Both the position numbers and the translations under genes were made by a program. A stretch of DNA of 64,000 bases. Origin: an uncultured Candidatus Binatia bacterium. Lineage in GTDB: Bacteria > Desulfobacterota > Binatia > UBA9968 > JAJDTQ01. Below the pieces are notes generated by a model. That model saw only the letters and a list, made by a program, of their open reading frames with translations. It was not told the origin of the DNA and searched no databases. How positions within the stretch are numbered: position 1 is the first letter of the stretch; every line of letters begins with the position of its first letter. The DNA lies in assembly GCA_965242525.1 (NCBI GenBank), contig OZ251459.1, positions 2,304,001 to 2,368,000 on the forward strand. Reading direction: 5' to 3'. Positions 1 to 10,109 of this stretch are shown piece by piece.

Positions 1-998
1 CATTGCTCCACCCGGACGGCTTCGGCCTCCCGTATCATCGGCCCCACGCAGGTGCCGGCATCGAGCTGGCTGCCGGTGGTCAGGGCCTCCACCTTGGGGG
101 CAAGCGCGCCGAGGAAGTCTTCATAGACCTGGCCGGAGGCCAACACGCGCTGGGTGGAGATGCAGACCTGTCCCGCGTTGGCGTATCCGGTAGCGGCCAC
201 GGCCGCGGCCACCCTGTCCAGGTCCGCGTCGGGCATGACGATCACCGGGCAGTTGGAGCCCAGCTCCATGGTCACCTTCTTGATGCCCGCCATGCGGCAG
301 ATGTTCTCGCCCACTTCCCGGCTGCCGGTGAAACTGATCTTGCGCACCCGGCCGTCGGACACCAGGGCGTCGCCGATCTCCCCGCCCGAGCCGGTGAGGC
401 ACTGGACCCCGTCCGCGGGGAGTCCGGCCTCCAGCAAGATCTCGGTGAGTTTCAGTCCCGAAAGCGGCGTGTCCGACGCCGGCTTGACGATCACCGAGTT
501 CCCGCCCGCGATGGCGGGACCCACCTTGTGGCACAGCAGGTTGAGGGGGAAGTTGAACGGCCCGATGGCCGCCACCACGCCGCAGGGGACCCGGAGGGTG
601 AAGCCCAGCTTGTCCGCGCCCGCGGGGTCCGCGTCCAGCGGCACGGTCTCCCCGTGGAGCCGCTTGGCCTCTTCGGCCGAAGCGGTCAGGGTCTCCACCG
701 CCCGGCGCACCTCGCCCAGGCCTTCGGCCAGGACCTTGCCCTCTTCGCGGGAGATGAGCGTGCCGAGCTCGTCCACCCGCTCCGCCATGAGGGCGGCCGC
801 CCGGGTCAGCACCCGCCAGCGCTCGTGGGCGGTGGTCCGCGCCATGACCGCGGCTCCGCGTGCGGCGAACGCGAGGGCGCGCTCCACGTCCGCAGGCCCG
901 GCCTTGGGGACGCTGTCGATCACGGAGTCGTCGTACGGGTTGCCGACCTCCTGCACCCTCGGCCGGTCCACCCACTCTCCCGCCAGGAACATCTTCAT
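1..998 (-). CDS. NAD(P)-dependent aldehyde dehydrogenase (3' end outside window)
   Basis: Read manually on the minus strand from ATG at 998: MKMFLAGEWVDR...; ALDH motifs PFNFP, KPASDTP, FTGS, TMELGSNCP and ANAGQVCIS (catalytic Cys). Missing from the ORF track because no stop lies within the window. Confidence 0.92.
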   Translation of the reverse strand, partial: MKMFLAGEWVDRPRVQEVGNPYDDSVIDSVPKAGPADVERALAFAARGAAVMARTTAHERWRVLTRAAALMAERVDELGTLISREEGKVLAEGLGEVRRAVETLTASAEEAKRLHGETVPLDADPAGADKLGFTLRVPCGVVAAIGPFNFPLNLLCHKVGPAIAGGNSVIVKPASDTPLSGLKLTEILLEAGLPADGVQCLTGSGGEIGDALVSDGRVRKISFTGSREVGENICRMAGIKKVTMELGSNCPVIVMPDADLDRVAAAVAATGYANAGQVCISTQRVLASGQVYEDFLGALAPKVEALTTGSQLDAGTCVGPMIREAEAVRVEQ

Positions 999-1028
999 CG
1001 AAAGGTCACCTCCCCGGAAATTTCAAAA

Positions 1029-1173
1029 GGAACCCTCTGAACGATTATCCCCGTTCACCCCGAGCGCAGCGAACCGATTATCCTCCCGTTCGTCCTGAGC
1101 GTAGCGAAGCGAAGTCGAAGGACGCGCTTTCCCGCAGGGAGACGGAGTCCGAGCCGGAATCGTTCCGGGTTCC
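1029..1173. mobile_element. MITE-like unit (TIR GGAACCCTCTGAACGATT...AATCGTTCCGGGTTCC) containing a REP-like hairpin
   Basis: Imperfect terminal inverted repeats; internal CCGTTCGTCCTGAGCGTAGCGAAGCGAAGTCGAAGGACG; CAAAA on both flanks (one extra C on the right); homologous to 20229-20369. Confidence 0.65.
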
Positions 1174-1193
1174 CCAAAAGCCTTCGAGGACAT

Positions 1194-2267
1194 CTACACG
1201 AGCCCCCTTATGGGCTCCAACACCGTATCGGAGACGCCCCGCACGAGGGCGGAAAGGTTCGGTTGCTCCGGCTCCGGCGCCGCGGCCAACGCCGCGCGCC
1301 TGCGGGCGTGCATCTCCCTCACCGCGAAGGACAGGGACCCCACCCGGTCGAACAAACCGGCGACCTCGTCCACGTCGTCCGGCGACGTTTCCGCCCGCTC
1401 CTTGTCGAGGACCGTGCGCAGCCACCGGGCGTCGTCCGCGGGGGCGTGCTCCAGGGCATGGACCGCCAGGATGCTCCGCTTCCCCTCGGCGATGTCGCTG
1501 CCTCGCCGGCCGCGGCCCTTGTTCCCGTACAGGTCCAGCAGGTCGTCCTGGATCTGGAACAGGATGCCGAATTGGCGCGCGGCTTCGCCGAGCCCGCGGA
1601 CCACCCGGGCTCCCTGGCCCAGGACCTCGGCGCTGCCCGCCATGGCCAGGACGAACAGCCGGGAGGTCTTGGCCTCCACCATGGTGAAGTACTGGGCCAA
1701 GGTGGGGCGCGGGTTGGCCCGGAGGGCGAAGTCCTGCTCCTGCCCGTGGATGACCTGCAACGTCTCGACGAGGATCCTCCGGGCCAACGCTTCCCGCAAC
1801 TCGCCGGAGGCCGGGGCGCGCCGGGCCAGCAGCAACGTGAAGTAGAACATGGCGCTGCCCAGGTTGATGGCGCTGGCGACGCCGAAACGGCGCCACACCG
1901 TCTCCCGCCCCCTGCGGGACTCGTCCCCGTCCTGCACGTCGTCGTGGACCAGGGTGGCGTTGTGCAGCATCTCGCACGCCGCGCCCACTGCCACGGCCTT
2001 GCCCGGGTCCTCCCCGAGACAGTCCGCCACCAACAGCGGCAGCAACGCCCGCAGCCGTTTGCCGCCGGTCTCGAACTGGTAGCGGCACATGTCCGCCAGC
2101 GTCGAATCCCCGAGCCCGGCGTCGCGGACCACCTCCTCGAACATGCCCAGCACCTCGGGCAGGTGGCGTTGCCGCATGCGCTCCAGGCGCTCCGCGAACG
2201 CCGTCCGGGCCTCGGACGCCGACAGGTCCCGTGGGTCGGGACCGGCAGACCGGTCATCGCGCACCAT
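1194..2267 (-). CDS. Polyprenyl synthetase (trans-isoprenyl diphosphate synthase, GGPP or longer product)
   Basis: GGKRLR, FARM LVHDDVQDGDESRRG, KT, SARM FQIQDDLLD, SDIAEGK. Small residues (A,T) at -5/-4 before the FARM suggest a product of C20 or longer. Start placed at ATG 2267 behind GGAGG. Confidence 0.9.
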   Translation of the reverse strand: MVRDDRSAGPDPRDLSASEARTAFAERLERMRQRHLPEVLGMFEEVVRDAGLGDSTLADMCRYQFETGGKRLRALLPLLVADCLGEDPGKAVAVGAACEMLHNATLVHDDVQDGDESRRGRETVWRRFGVASAINLGSAMFYFTLLLARRAPASGELREALARRILVETLQVIHGQEQDFALRANPRPTLAQYFTMVEAKTSRLFVLAMAGSAEVLGQGARVVRGLGEAARQFGILFQIQDDLLDLYGNKGRGRRGSDIAEGKRSILAVHALEHAPADDARWLRTVLDKERAETSPDDVDEVAGLFDRVGSLSFAVREMHARRRAALAAAPEPEQPNLSALVRGVSDTVLEPIRGLV

Positions 2268-2285
2268 GCGCGCAGGTCCTCCCTC

Positions 2286-2310
2286 GTCGTTCCCGCGAAA
2301 GCGGGAATCT
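2286..2310. repeat. REP-like palindrome family 2 (GTCRTTCCCGCGAAAGCGGGAATC)
   Basis: Hairpin TTCCCGC-GAAA-GCGGGAA; further copies at 16362-16387 and 45682-45707, half copy at 16336-16352. Confidence 0.8.
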
Positions 2311-2555
2311 CGTCGCCTCGCGCACCATGCGCGAGGTCCTCCTGCGGGATGCTGTCGGCTTCCTCCGGGTACTGCGGAAGCGGAAGGCGGTACGGGAGGG
2401 GAAGCAGGCGTCAACGGAGCTTCGCGCCGAAGGCGACGAGGCCCGCTACGGCTCCCGTTTCATAATGCGGCTCGACACCGGAGTCAAGGAGGAGCCCGCG
2501 GCAGCGAACCCGCGCGTTGAGGCCCCGGGGACAACCTGCTAGCTAGTTGGGTTCC

Positions 2556-3275
2556 ATGGAACGCGGCCCACTGCGGGTGCTGGACTTGCAGCGTCTCGAC
2601 TACGACGCCGCGCTGGCCGTCCAGCAACGGATCCTCGACCGAAAGGTCCGCGAGGCGTCCGCCGACTGCCTCATACTCGTGGAGCACCCCCACGTCTTCA
2701 CCACCGGACGGAGGGACGCGAGCCGCCACATACTCGACGCCGGCAACGTGCCGGTGCGGGCCGCCACCCGGGGCGGCGACGTCACCTACCACGGACCGGG
2801 GCAGTTGGTGCTCTATCCCATCATCGACCTCAGGTCGAAACTGCGCCGGGAGGTCCACCGCTACCTCGGCAGGCTGGAGCAGGTCATCATCGACGTCCTC
2901 GCCGAGTTCGGCCTCGACGCCGCCCGGCGGCCGCCCTGGACCGGGGTGTGGGTCCGCGGCAGGAAGGTCTGCGCCATCGGCATCGCCGTCCGGCGCGGGG
3001 TCACCTACCACGGGGCCGCCCTGAACGTGGCCCCGGACCTGGACTATTTCCGCAGGATCGTCCCCTGCGGCCTGGAGTGGGCCCAGGTGACTTCCATGGA
3101 GCGGGAAGCCGGGGCGCCGGTGGAGATGGCGGCGGTAAAGTCGCTGGCGGCGGAGGGTTTCCGTCGGACCTTCGGATACGACGGGTTGGTGGAGGCGGAG
3201 GAGCCGTTGGTCCCGCTTCCGGGCCGCGGGCGCGGCCCCGGGATCCCGGCTACTTCTGGAACCAGTCGGCGTTGA
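2556..3275 (+). CDS. lipB: Lipoyl(octanoyl) transferase
   Basis: [46 protein letters not shown]. Confidence 0.93.
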   Translation: MERGPLRVLDLQRLDYDAALAVQQRILDRKVREASADCLILVEHPHVFTTGRRDASRHILDAGNVPVRAATRGGDVTYHGPGQLVLYPIIDLRSKLRREVHRYLGRLEQVIIDVLAEFGLDAARRPPWTGVWVRGRKVCAIGIAVRRGVTYHGAALNVAPDLDYFRRIVPCGLEWAQVTSMEREAGAPVEMAAVKSLAAEGFRRTFGYDGLVEAEEPLVPLPGRGRGPGIPATSGTSRR

Positions 3276-3513
3276 TCTGGGTGTATTCCTTCCACTTGTC
3301 CGGCACCGCGGCCTCCTCGAATATGGCCTCCACCGGACAGACGGGCTCGCAAGCGCCGCAGTCGATGCACTCCTCGGGATCGATATAGAGCATGTTCTCC
3401 TTCTCGAATACCTCGGTCTCGTTCTTGGTCGGGTGGATGCAATCCACCGGGCAAACGTCCACACAGGCCGTGTCCTTGGTATCGATGCAGGGCTCTACGA
3501 TCACGTATGTCAT
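3250..3513 (-). CDS. 7Fe-type (3Fe-4S/4Fe-4S) ferredoxin
   Basis: [27 protein letters not shown]...[16 protein letters not shown]; RBS GAGAGGA upstream of ATG 3513. Confidence 0.92.
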   Translation of the reverse strand: MTYVIVEPCIDTKDTACVDVCPVDCIHPTKNETEVFEKENMLYIDPEECIDCGACEPVCPVEAIFEEAAVPDKWKEYTQINADWFQK

Positions 3514-3627
3514 TCCTCTCCTCCCGTGGGTCCGGCCCGCGCCTCCTGCGCCGAACTCCCGCGGCCTTGCCCTTTCTCCATGCAGAGGCGGAGCGTCCGT
3601 CTTGGGTAGCAAACGGCCCTTTTCCTG

Positions 3628-5064
3628 TCAAGCTCCGGCGCGCTTCCGGGGCGGCGCGTGGGTGGCGGCGCCGTAGAACATCTCGGCGCATTCCATGAGG
3701 GTCTCGGAAAGCGTCGGATGCGGATGGACCGACTCGGCAAGGTCCCTGGCGGTGGCGCCCATCTCCATGGCCAGCACCCCCTCGCCGATGAGCTCGCCAG
3801 CGCCGGCGCCGGTGACGCCCATGCCGAGGATGCGCTCCGTCCCGGGCTCCAGGATCAACTTCGTCAAGCCTTCGGGGCGGTCCATGGCCAGGGCCCTGCC
3901 CGAGGCGCCCCAGGGGAACTTCACCACCTCCACCGCCACCTTCCCGGCCCTGGCCTCCCGCTCCGTGAGCCCGCACCAAGCCACCTCCGGCTCCGTAAAG
4001 ACCACCGCGGGAACCACCACGTCCTCGATGGTGCTGGACTCTCCGGCGATGACCTCCACCGCGACGCGCCCCTCCCGGGTGGCCTGGTGGGCGAGCAACG
4101 CGCCGCCGTTGGCGTCCCCGACGGCGTAGATGGCCGGGTCCGCGGTCTGCTGTCGCTGGTTGCACTCGATGAAGCCGTTGGCCCCGATCTTCACCCCGGT
4201 GTTCTCCAGGCCCAGGTCTTCATAGCCTGGCGTCCGGCCCACGCTCACCAGCACCCGGTCGTAGGACTCCTCGCGCCCGGTCCCGTTGACCTCCATTGCC
4301 ACCTTGATCTTCGTCCCGCTGGTGGCCATGCGCAGGACCCTGGTCTTGAGACGCACCTCCCGGAACAGCGCCCCCGCGGCCTTGGCCACGGGCCTCACCA
4401 GGTCCGCGTCCACGCCCGGCAGCAGGTGGTCCAGCGCCTCCACCAGGACCACCTCGCTGCCGAGCCGGGCATACACCGTGCCCATCTCCATGCCGATGTA
4501 ACCGCCCCCCACCACCAGCAGGCGGCCGGGAACGTCCCTGAGCTCCAGCGCCTCGGTGGACGTCATGATGCGCCGGTTGCCCAGGTCGAAGGCCGCGGGC
4601 ATGGCCGGCCGGGACCCCACTGCGACGATGGCCTGCTCGTAGTTGACGAACCGCTGCCCGTCGGGGGTCTCCACCCGGAGGGTGCGGGAGTCCTCGAAGT
4701 GGCCGCGGCCCCGGAGCCGTTGGACCCCCCTTCGGGAGCACAGGGCGTCCAGCCCCCGGGCGAGCCGGTCGATGACCGACTCCTTCCACTCCCGCAGCTT
4801 GTCGAGCTTCACCCTGGGCTTGTCGAAGGCCACGCCCCTGGCCTCCGACAGCGCGGCTTCGTCGATGACGTGGGTGGCGTGGAGGAGCGCCTTGGAAGGG
4901 ATGCAGCCGCGGTGGAGGCAGACTCCGCCCAGGCGCTCGTCCCGCTCCACCAGCAGCACCCGCTTGCCCAGGTCCGCGGCATGGAACGCCGCGGCGTACC
5001 CTCCCGGGCCGGCGCCCACGACGACGATCTGCGTCTGGATGGTTTCCACTGCCATGGCCGTCAC
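3628..5064 (-). CDS. lpdA: Dihydrolipoyl dehydrogenase (E3)
   Basis: GAGPGGY, redox CLHRGC(IPSK), GGGYIG, HPHPTLSE. Confidence 0.95.
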   Translation of the reverse strand: MTAMAVETIQTQIVVVGAGPGGYAAAFHAADLGKRVLLVERDERLGGVCLHRGCIPSKALLHATHVIDEAALSEARGVAFDKPRVKLDKLREWKESVIDRLARGLDALCSRRGVQRLRGRGHFEDSRTLRVETPDGQRFVNYEQAIVAVGSRPAMPAAFDLGNRRIMTSTEALELRDVPGRLLVVGGGYIGMEMGTVYARLGSEVVLVEALDHLLPGVDADLVRPVAKAAGALFREVRLKTRVLRMATSGTKIKVAMEVNGTGREESYDRVLVSVGRTPGYEDLGLENTGVKIGANGFIECNQRQQTADPAIYAVGDANGGALLAHQATREGRVAVEVIAGESSTIEDVVVPAVVFTEPEVAWCGLTEREARAGKVAVEVVKFPWGASGRALAMDRPEGLTKLILEPGTERILGMGVTGAGAGELIGEGVLAMEMGATARDLAESVHPHPTLSETLMECAEMFYGAATHAPPRKRAGA

Positions 5065-6323
5065 GCGCCCTCGGGCTTCACGTCCGCTTCGGGGAAGTCT
5101 TCCAGGCAGCGCACGATCTCGCGCAGGAAGCGCGCTCCGTCGGCGCCGTCGATGACCCGGTGGTCATAGGACAGGGCGAGGGGCAACACCAGCCGCGGCG
5201 CCACCTTCCGGTCCCGCACCACCGGCCGGTGCACGCCGCGCCCCATGCCCAGGACCGCCACCTGCGGGCCGTTGACGATGGGGGTGAAATAGGAGCCGCC
5301 GATGCTTCCCAGGTTCGATATGGTGAACACCGCCCCCTGCATCTCGTCCGCGGACAGCTTCCGCCGCCGGGTCCGCTCCGCCAGGTCGTCCAGCTCCCCG
5401 GACAGGTCCAGGAGGCTCTTCCTGTCCACGTCCCGGATGACCGGCGCGATCAGGCCCGCTTCGGTGTCCACCGCCACGCCCACGTGCACGTAGTCCCGGG
5501 TGACGATCTCCAGGGCGCGGTAGTCGATGGCGGTCTTGAACGCGGGGTATTTGTCCAGCGCCGAGACCGCGGCCCTGATGGCGAAGGAGGTCAACGTCAG
5601 CCGGGCGCCCGACTTCTCGTACGCGGCGGCGTAACGCTTTCGCAACTCCATGAGGTCCGTGATGTCCGCGTCGTCGAACTGGGTCACGTGGGGGATGGTG
5701 GTCCAGGAATCGGTCATCCGCTGGGCGATGGTGCGCCGGAGCGGCGACATCTTCTCGCGCTTGCTGGGCCCCCACCTGCCCGGGTCCGGGGCCGGGGAGA
5801 CCGGAGCGGGAGCATGGGCCCCGGGCGCGGACGGCTCCCGGGCGAGCTCCTGGAGACCCTGGATGTAGCCGCGGACGTCGGCCATGACGATGCGCCCGCC
5901 GCGTTGGCTCCCCTTCACGCGGTGGAGGTCGATGCCCAGCTCCCGCGCGACCTTCCGCACCGTGGGAGAAGCCGGCGGCGGCGCGCCGCTGTCCGACCGA
6001 TAGAGGTGCGGCTCCGGCGGAGCGGGCGCGTCCGCGACAGCGGCAGACGCCGGTTCCGGGGGCGCCGCGGGCGCCTGCGGCTTGCCCGCGCCCGCGGTGT
6101 CGATGGTCACCAGCACCTGACCCACCGAGACCACCTGCCCCACCTCCACGTGTATGCGGGCCACCCTGCCCGCGCCGGTGGAAGGGATGGGGGCCACCGC
6201 CTTCTCGTTCTCGAGCTCCAGCAGGGTCTGGTCCAGCTCCACCTGGTCCCCCTCCGCCACCAGGATGTTGACGACGGCGCCGGAATCCGCCCCTTCGGCC
6301 AGTTTGGGAAGCGTGACGTCCAT
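5061..6323 (-). CDS. aceF: Dihydrolipoamide acetyltransferase (E2), single lipoyl domain
   Basis: Lipoyl motif ELENEKAVAPIPS, E3-binding ASPTVRKVARELGIDL, catalytic YDHRVIDGA; directly downstream of aceE. Confidence 0.9.
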   Translation of the reverse strand: MDVTLPKLAEGADSGAVVNILVAEGDQVELDQTLLELENEKAVAPIPSTGAGRVARIHVEVGQVVSVGQVLVTIDTAGAGKPQAPAAPPEPASAAVADAPAPPEPHLYRSDSGAPPPASPTVRKVARELGIDLHRVKGSQRGGRIVMADVRGYIQGLQELAREPSAPGAHAPAPVSPAPDPGRWGPSKREKMSPLRRTIAQRMTDSWTTIPHVTQFDDADITDLMELRKRYAAAYEKSGARLTLTSFAIRAAVSALDKYPAFKTAIDYRALEIVTRDYVHVGVAVDTEAGLIAPVIRDVDRKSLLDLSGELDDLAERTRRRKLSADEMQGAVFTISNLGSIGGSYFTPIVNGPQVAVLGMGRGVHRPVVRDRKVAPRLVLPLALSYDHRVIDGADGARFLREIVRCLEDFPEADVKPEGA

Positions 6324-6336
6324 GGCGGTCCGCGGC

Positions 6337-9078
6337 TCAGACGGCCATCGAGGGATGGGGCTTCTCCGGGTCGAAGCGCAACTCCCGGAGGGCCCGTTCG
6401 ACCACCGACTTCCTCACCCGGCCCCTTCGGGCGAGGGCGTGCAGGGTCGCCGCCACCACCGACTCCGCGTCCACCTCGAAGTAGCGGCGCAGCCGGTCCC
6501 GGGTGTCGCTGCGGCCGAACCCGTCCGTCCCCAGCGTCGCCAAGCCGCCGGGGGTCCACGGGGCGATCTGGTCCGGCACGATCTTCATGTAGTCGGACAC
6601 CGCGACGAAGACCCCCTCTTCCGGCTCCAGCACGGACTCCAGGTACGACTTGCGGGGCGTCTCGGTCGGGTGCAGGAGGTTCCAGCGCTGGACCTCCTGG
6701 GCCTCCCGCCGCAGCAGGTTGTAGCTGGTGGCGCTCCACACGTCCGCGGCCACCTGGTACCGCTCGGCGAGCATCTCCTGGGCCCGGAGGGCCTCGAACA
6801 GCAGCGGGCCGCTGCCGAGCAGGTGGGCCCGGTGCTTCTTCCTGCCCCCCGCGGCCCGGAACTTGTAGAGCCCCTTGAGGATGCCTTCCTCCACCCCCGG
6901 AGGCATGCCCGGCATGGAGTGGTTCTCGTTGTACAGGGTGAGGTAGTAGAACACGTCCTCACGGCGCTCGTACATCCGCCTGAGGCCTTCCTGCACGATG
7001 ACCGCGACCTCGTAGGCGAACGCCGGGTCGTAGGTGAGCAGGGCCGGGACCGTGCTCGCCAGCAACTGGCTCTGGCCGTCCGCGTGCTGCAGTCCTTCGC
7101 CGTTCAGGGTCGTGCGCCCGGCGGTGGCGCCCAGCAGGAAGCCCTTGGCCCGGCTGTCCGCCGCGGCCCACATGAGGTCGCCGATGCGCTGGAAGCCGAA
7201 CATGGAATAGAACGTGTAGAACGGGATCATGGGGGCGCCATAGGTGCTGTGGGCGGTCCCCGCGGCGATGAAGGAAGACATGGCTCCGGCCTCGCTGATG
7301 CCCTCCTCCAGCAGTTGCCCGTCCCGCGCCTCCTGGTAGAAGAGCAGGGTCTCCCGGTCCACCGGCTCGTACAGTTGGCCCTTGGGCGAATAGATGCCCA
7401 CCTGACGGAACAGCGTGTCCATGCCGAAGGTCCTGGCTTCGTCCGGTATGATGGGCACGATGTTCCGCCCGATGCCCGGATGGCGGAGCAGCTTGGTCAA
7501 GAGCCTCACGAACGCCATGGTGGTGGAGACCCGGGTCTCCGAAGAGCTCCGGAACTCCCGGTAGTGGGACTCGTCCGGCGCAGCCAGCGCCTTGGCCGTC
7601 CGCGGCCGCCGGGGCAGGAACCCTCCCAGGCTCTTGCGCCGCTCGAGCAGGTAGCGGGTCTCCTCGCTGTCGAGAGGCGGCCGGTAGAAAGGCGTCTCCA
7701 CCACCTCTTCGTCCGACAGCGGCACGCCGAACCGCAAGCGGAAGTCGCGCAGCTCCTTCTCGTTGAGCTGCTTCTGCTGGTGGGTGATGTTGCGCCCTTC
7801 GCCCGCCTCGCCAAGGCCGTACCCCTTCACGGTCTTGGCCAGGACCACGGTGGGCGCGCCCTCGTGCTCCAGCGCCGCCTTGTAGGCCGCATAGACCTTC
7901 TGGGGGTCGTGGCCGCCCCTGGCGAGCCTGCGGATCTGGTCGTCGGTGAGATGGTTCACCATCGCCAGCAACTCGGGGTGGGCGCCGAAGAAGTGCTTGC
8001 GTGTGTAGCTCCCCGGGGCCACCGAGTACTTCTGGTAGTCGCCGTCCACCGCCCGCTCCATCCGTTCCGCCAGCAGCCCCCCGGCGTCGGATTCCAGCAG
8101 CGGGTCCCAATCCGAGCCCCAGATCACCTTGACGACGTTCCAGCCCGCGCCCAGGAACAGCGCCTCCAGTTCCTGGATGATCTTGCCGTTGCCCCTCACC
8201 GGACCGTCGAGCCGCTGGAGGTTGCAGTTGACCACCCACACCAGGTTGTCCAGGTTCTCCCGCGCGGCCAGGGACAGGCCCGCGGTGGACTCCGGCTCGT
8301 CGGCCTCGCCATCGCCCAGGAAACACCACACCCGCGGCTCCCGGGACAGCAGCCCCCGGGCCGCCAGGTAGCGGGCGAACCGCGCTTGGTAGATGGACAT
8401 GATGGGCGCCAACCCCATGGACACCGAGGGGAACTGCCAGAAGTCGGGCATGAGGCAGGGATGCGGATAGGAGGGGAGTCCTCCCCCCTTGACCAACTCC
8501 TGCCGGAAGTGGTGGAGCTTGCGGGGGCCCAGCCGGTGCTCCAGGTACGCCCGGGCGTAGTTCCCTGGCGCCGCGTGGCCCTGGAAGTACACTAGGTCCC
8601 CCGGAGCGCCGTCGTCGCCGCCCCGGAAGAAGTGGTTGAAGCCCACCTCGTAGAGGTTGGCCGCGGAAGCATAGGTGGAGATATGGCCGCCGATGCCGGG
8701 GTTCAGCCGGTTGGCCTTCACCACCATGGCCATGGCGTTCCAGCGCGCGTAGCTCTTCACCCTGCGCTCGATGGCCCGGTCGCCGGGATACCGGGGCTCG
8801 TCTTCCCGGGGGATGGTGTTGAGGTAGGGCGTGTTCCGGGCGGGGACGGCGTCCCGCTGCCGGTCCCGGATGCGCGCCACCAGTTGCTCCAGCAGGAAGT
8901 CCACCTGCTCCGGTCCCCTCTTCCGCACCACGTCCCCGAGCAGGTGCTCCAGCGAGTTCAGCCACCTGTCGTCCTGGGACCCGCGGGACGCGGGCGCGCC
9001 TGCCGCCGGCCCGAACCCGGGGTCGAAGTCCGCGGGCGTCGGCGAATGGGACGCGGGTATCGAATCTTTGGCGCTCAT
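6337..9078 (-). CDS. aceE: Pyruvate dehydrogenase E1, homodimeric type
   Basis: GGHISTYAS, FQGHAAPG, GDGEADEPE, NCNLQRLDGPV, TTLNGEGLQHADG, GTDGFGRSD. Start uncertain (9078 or 9138). Confidence 0.95.
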   Translation of the reverse strand: MSAKDSIPASHSPTPADFDPGFGPAAGAPASRGSQDDRWLNSLEHLLGDVVRKRGPEQVDFLLEQLVARIRDRQRDAVPARNTPYLNTIPREDEPRYPGDRAIERRVKSYARWNAMAMVVKANRLNPGIGGHISTYASAANLYEVGFNHFFRGGDDGAPGDLVYFQGHAAPGNYARAYLEHRLGPRKLHHFRQELVKGGGLPSYPHPCLMPDFWQFPSVSMGLAPIMSIYQARFARYLAARGLLSREPRVWCFLGDGEADEPESTAGLSLAARENLDNLVWVVNCNLQRLDGPVRGNGKIIQELEALFLGAGWNVVKVIWGSDWDPLLESDAGGLLAERMERAVDGDYQKYSVAPGSYTRKHFFGAHPELLAMVNHLTDDQIRRLARGGHDPQKVYAAYKAALEHEGAPTVVLAKTVKGYGLGEAGEGRNITHQQKQLNEKELRDFRLRFGVPLSDEEVVETPFYRPPLDSEETRYLLERRKSLGGFLPRRPRTAKALAAPDESHYREFRSSSETRVSTTMAFVRLLTKLLRHPGIGRNIVPIIPDEARTFGMDTLFRQVGIYSPKGQLYEPVDRETLLFYQEARDGQLLEEGISEAGAMSSFIAAGTAHSTYGAPMIPFYTFYSMFGFQRIGDLMWAAADSRAKGFLLGATAGRTTLNGEGLQHADGQSQLLASTVPALLTYDPAFAYEVAVIVQEGLRRMYERREDVFYYLTLYNENHSMPGMPPGVEEGILKGLYKFRAAGGRKKHRAHLLGSGPLLFEALRAQEMLAERYQVAADVWSATSYNLLRREAQEVQRWNLLHPTETPRKSYLESVLEPEEGVFVAVSDYMKIVPDQIAPWTPGGLATLGTDGFGRSDTRDRLRRYFEVDAESVVAATLHALARRGRVRKSVVERALRELRFDPEKPHPSMAV

Positions 9079-9153
9079 CACCTTGGGGGAACAGGGGAAA
9101 CCCTCGTCAACCGAGCCGCGGATGGGAGGCTCCCTCACGCGGCCCTCCCGTCC

Positions 9154-9192
9154 CCGTTCGTCCCGAACGGGGCGAAGCGGAGCCGAAGGACG
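9154..9192. repeat. Degenerate solo copy of REP-like family 1
   Basis: CCGTTCGTCCCGAACGGGGCGAAGCGGAGCCGAAGGACG in the aceE/ligase divergent region. Confidence 0.65.
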
Positions 9193-9363
9193 CGCCCTCC
9201 CACCGGGCTCGACCGGAGTTTCCTATTACAAAACCGCTTGCGCAAGCAAACGGCGCCGGGCAAGATATTCATCACCGCCGACGCCCGCTTGTCAAACACT
9301 CCCGGAGCGACCCGCAGCCCCCGCCGCCGAAGGGCCGCCCGTCCGCTCCGCCCGCCGCTCGCA

Positions 9364-10083
9364 ATGCTCTACCTCGACTTGACGTTGCCCACGCCCGAAG
9401 CAAACCTGGCTTGCGACGAGGCGCTGCTCGACCACTGCGAGGAGGAGCGGGACCGGGGGATCCTCCGGTTCTGGGAGTCCCCCGAGCCCTTCGTGGTGCT
9501 CGGCCTCGGCAGCCGGCACAGCCGGGAAGTCGATGCGGCCGCCTGCGAGGCCCGGGGAATCCCCATCCTGCGGAGGTGCAGCGGCGGCGGCGCCGTGGTC
9601 CAGGGGCCGGGCTGCCTGAGCTACGCGCTGGTCCTGCGCATCGAGGAGAACGGCCCCCTGGAGCGCATCGACGCCGCCAACGCCTTCGTCATGGAGCGCC
9701 ACCGGCGCCTGCTGGCGGACGCCACCGGCCTGCCGGTGCGGCGCCAGGGCGCCACCGACCTCACCGTCCGGCAACGGAAGTTCTCCGGCAACGCGCAACG
9801 CCGGCGGCGGCGCTTCCTGCTGTTCCACGGCACGTTCCTGCTGGACTTCCCCATCGGGCTGGTGGAGGAGGTCCTCCCCCACCCGCCCAAGGCGCCGCGC
9901 TACCGCGGCCGCCGTCCCCACCGCGCCTTCCTCACGAACCTGGACCGCCCCGCGCCGCTGGTCAAGGACCTGCTGCGGCGTTGCTGGGACGCCGCGCCGG
10001 AGGGCGCCGAGGTCCCGGCGGACGCCGTCGAGTCGCTGGTGGAACGGAAGTACTCGCTGCGGAGCTGGACCGAGAGGTGTTAG
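9364..10083 (+). CDS. Lipoate-protein ligase A family protein (catalytic domain only)
   Basis: NLACDEALL, RRCSGGGAVVQGPG, KFSGNAQ, HGTFLL; corresponds to the C-terminal part of track ORF 8632..10083. Confidence 0.88.
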   Translation: MLYLDLTLPTPEANLACDEALLDHCEEERDRGILRFWESPEPFVVLGLGSRHSREVDAAACEARGIPILRRCSGGGAVVQGPGCLSYALVLRIEENGPLERIDAANAFVMERHRRLLADATGLPVRRQGATDLTVRQRKFSGNAQRRRRRFLLFHGTFLLDFPIGLVEEVLPHPPKAPRYRGRRPHRAFLTNLDRPAPLVKDLLRRCWDAAPEGAEVPADAVESLVERKYSLRSWTERC

Positions 10084-10109
10084 GGGCCTCCCGGTTCGCC
10101 CGGCGTCCG

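Noticed and set aside
2268-2414. N-terminal extensions in track ORFs (also 53287-53355, 20355-20462, 25885-26061, 8632-9363)
   Set aside because: They run through repeats, intergenic DNA or neighbouring genes; better starts with an RBS or family-typical N-termini lie downstream.
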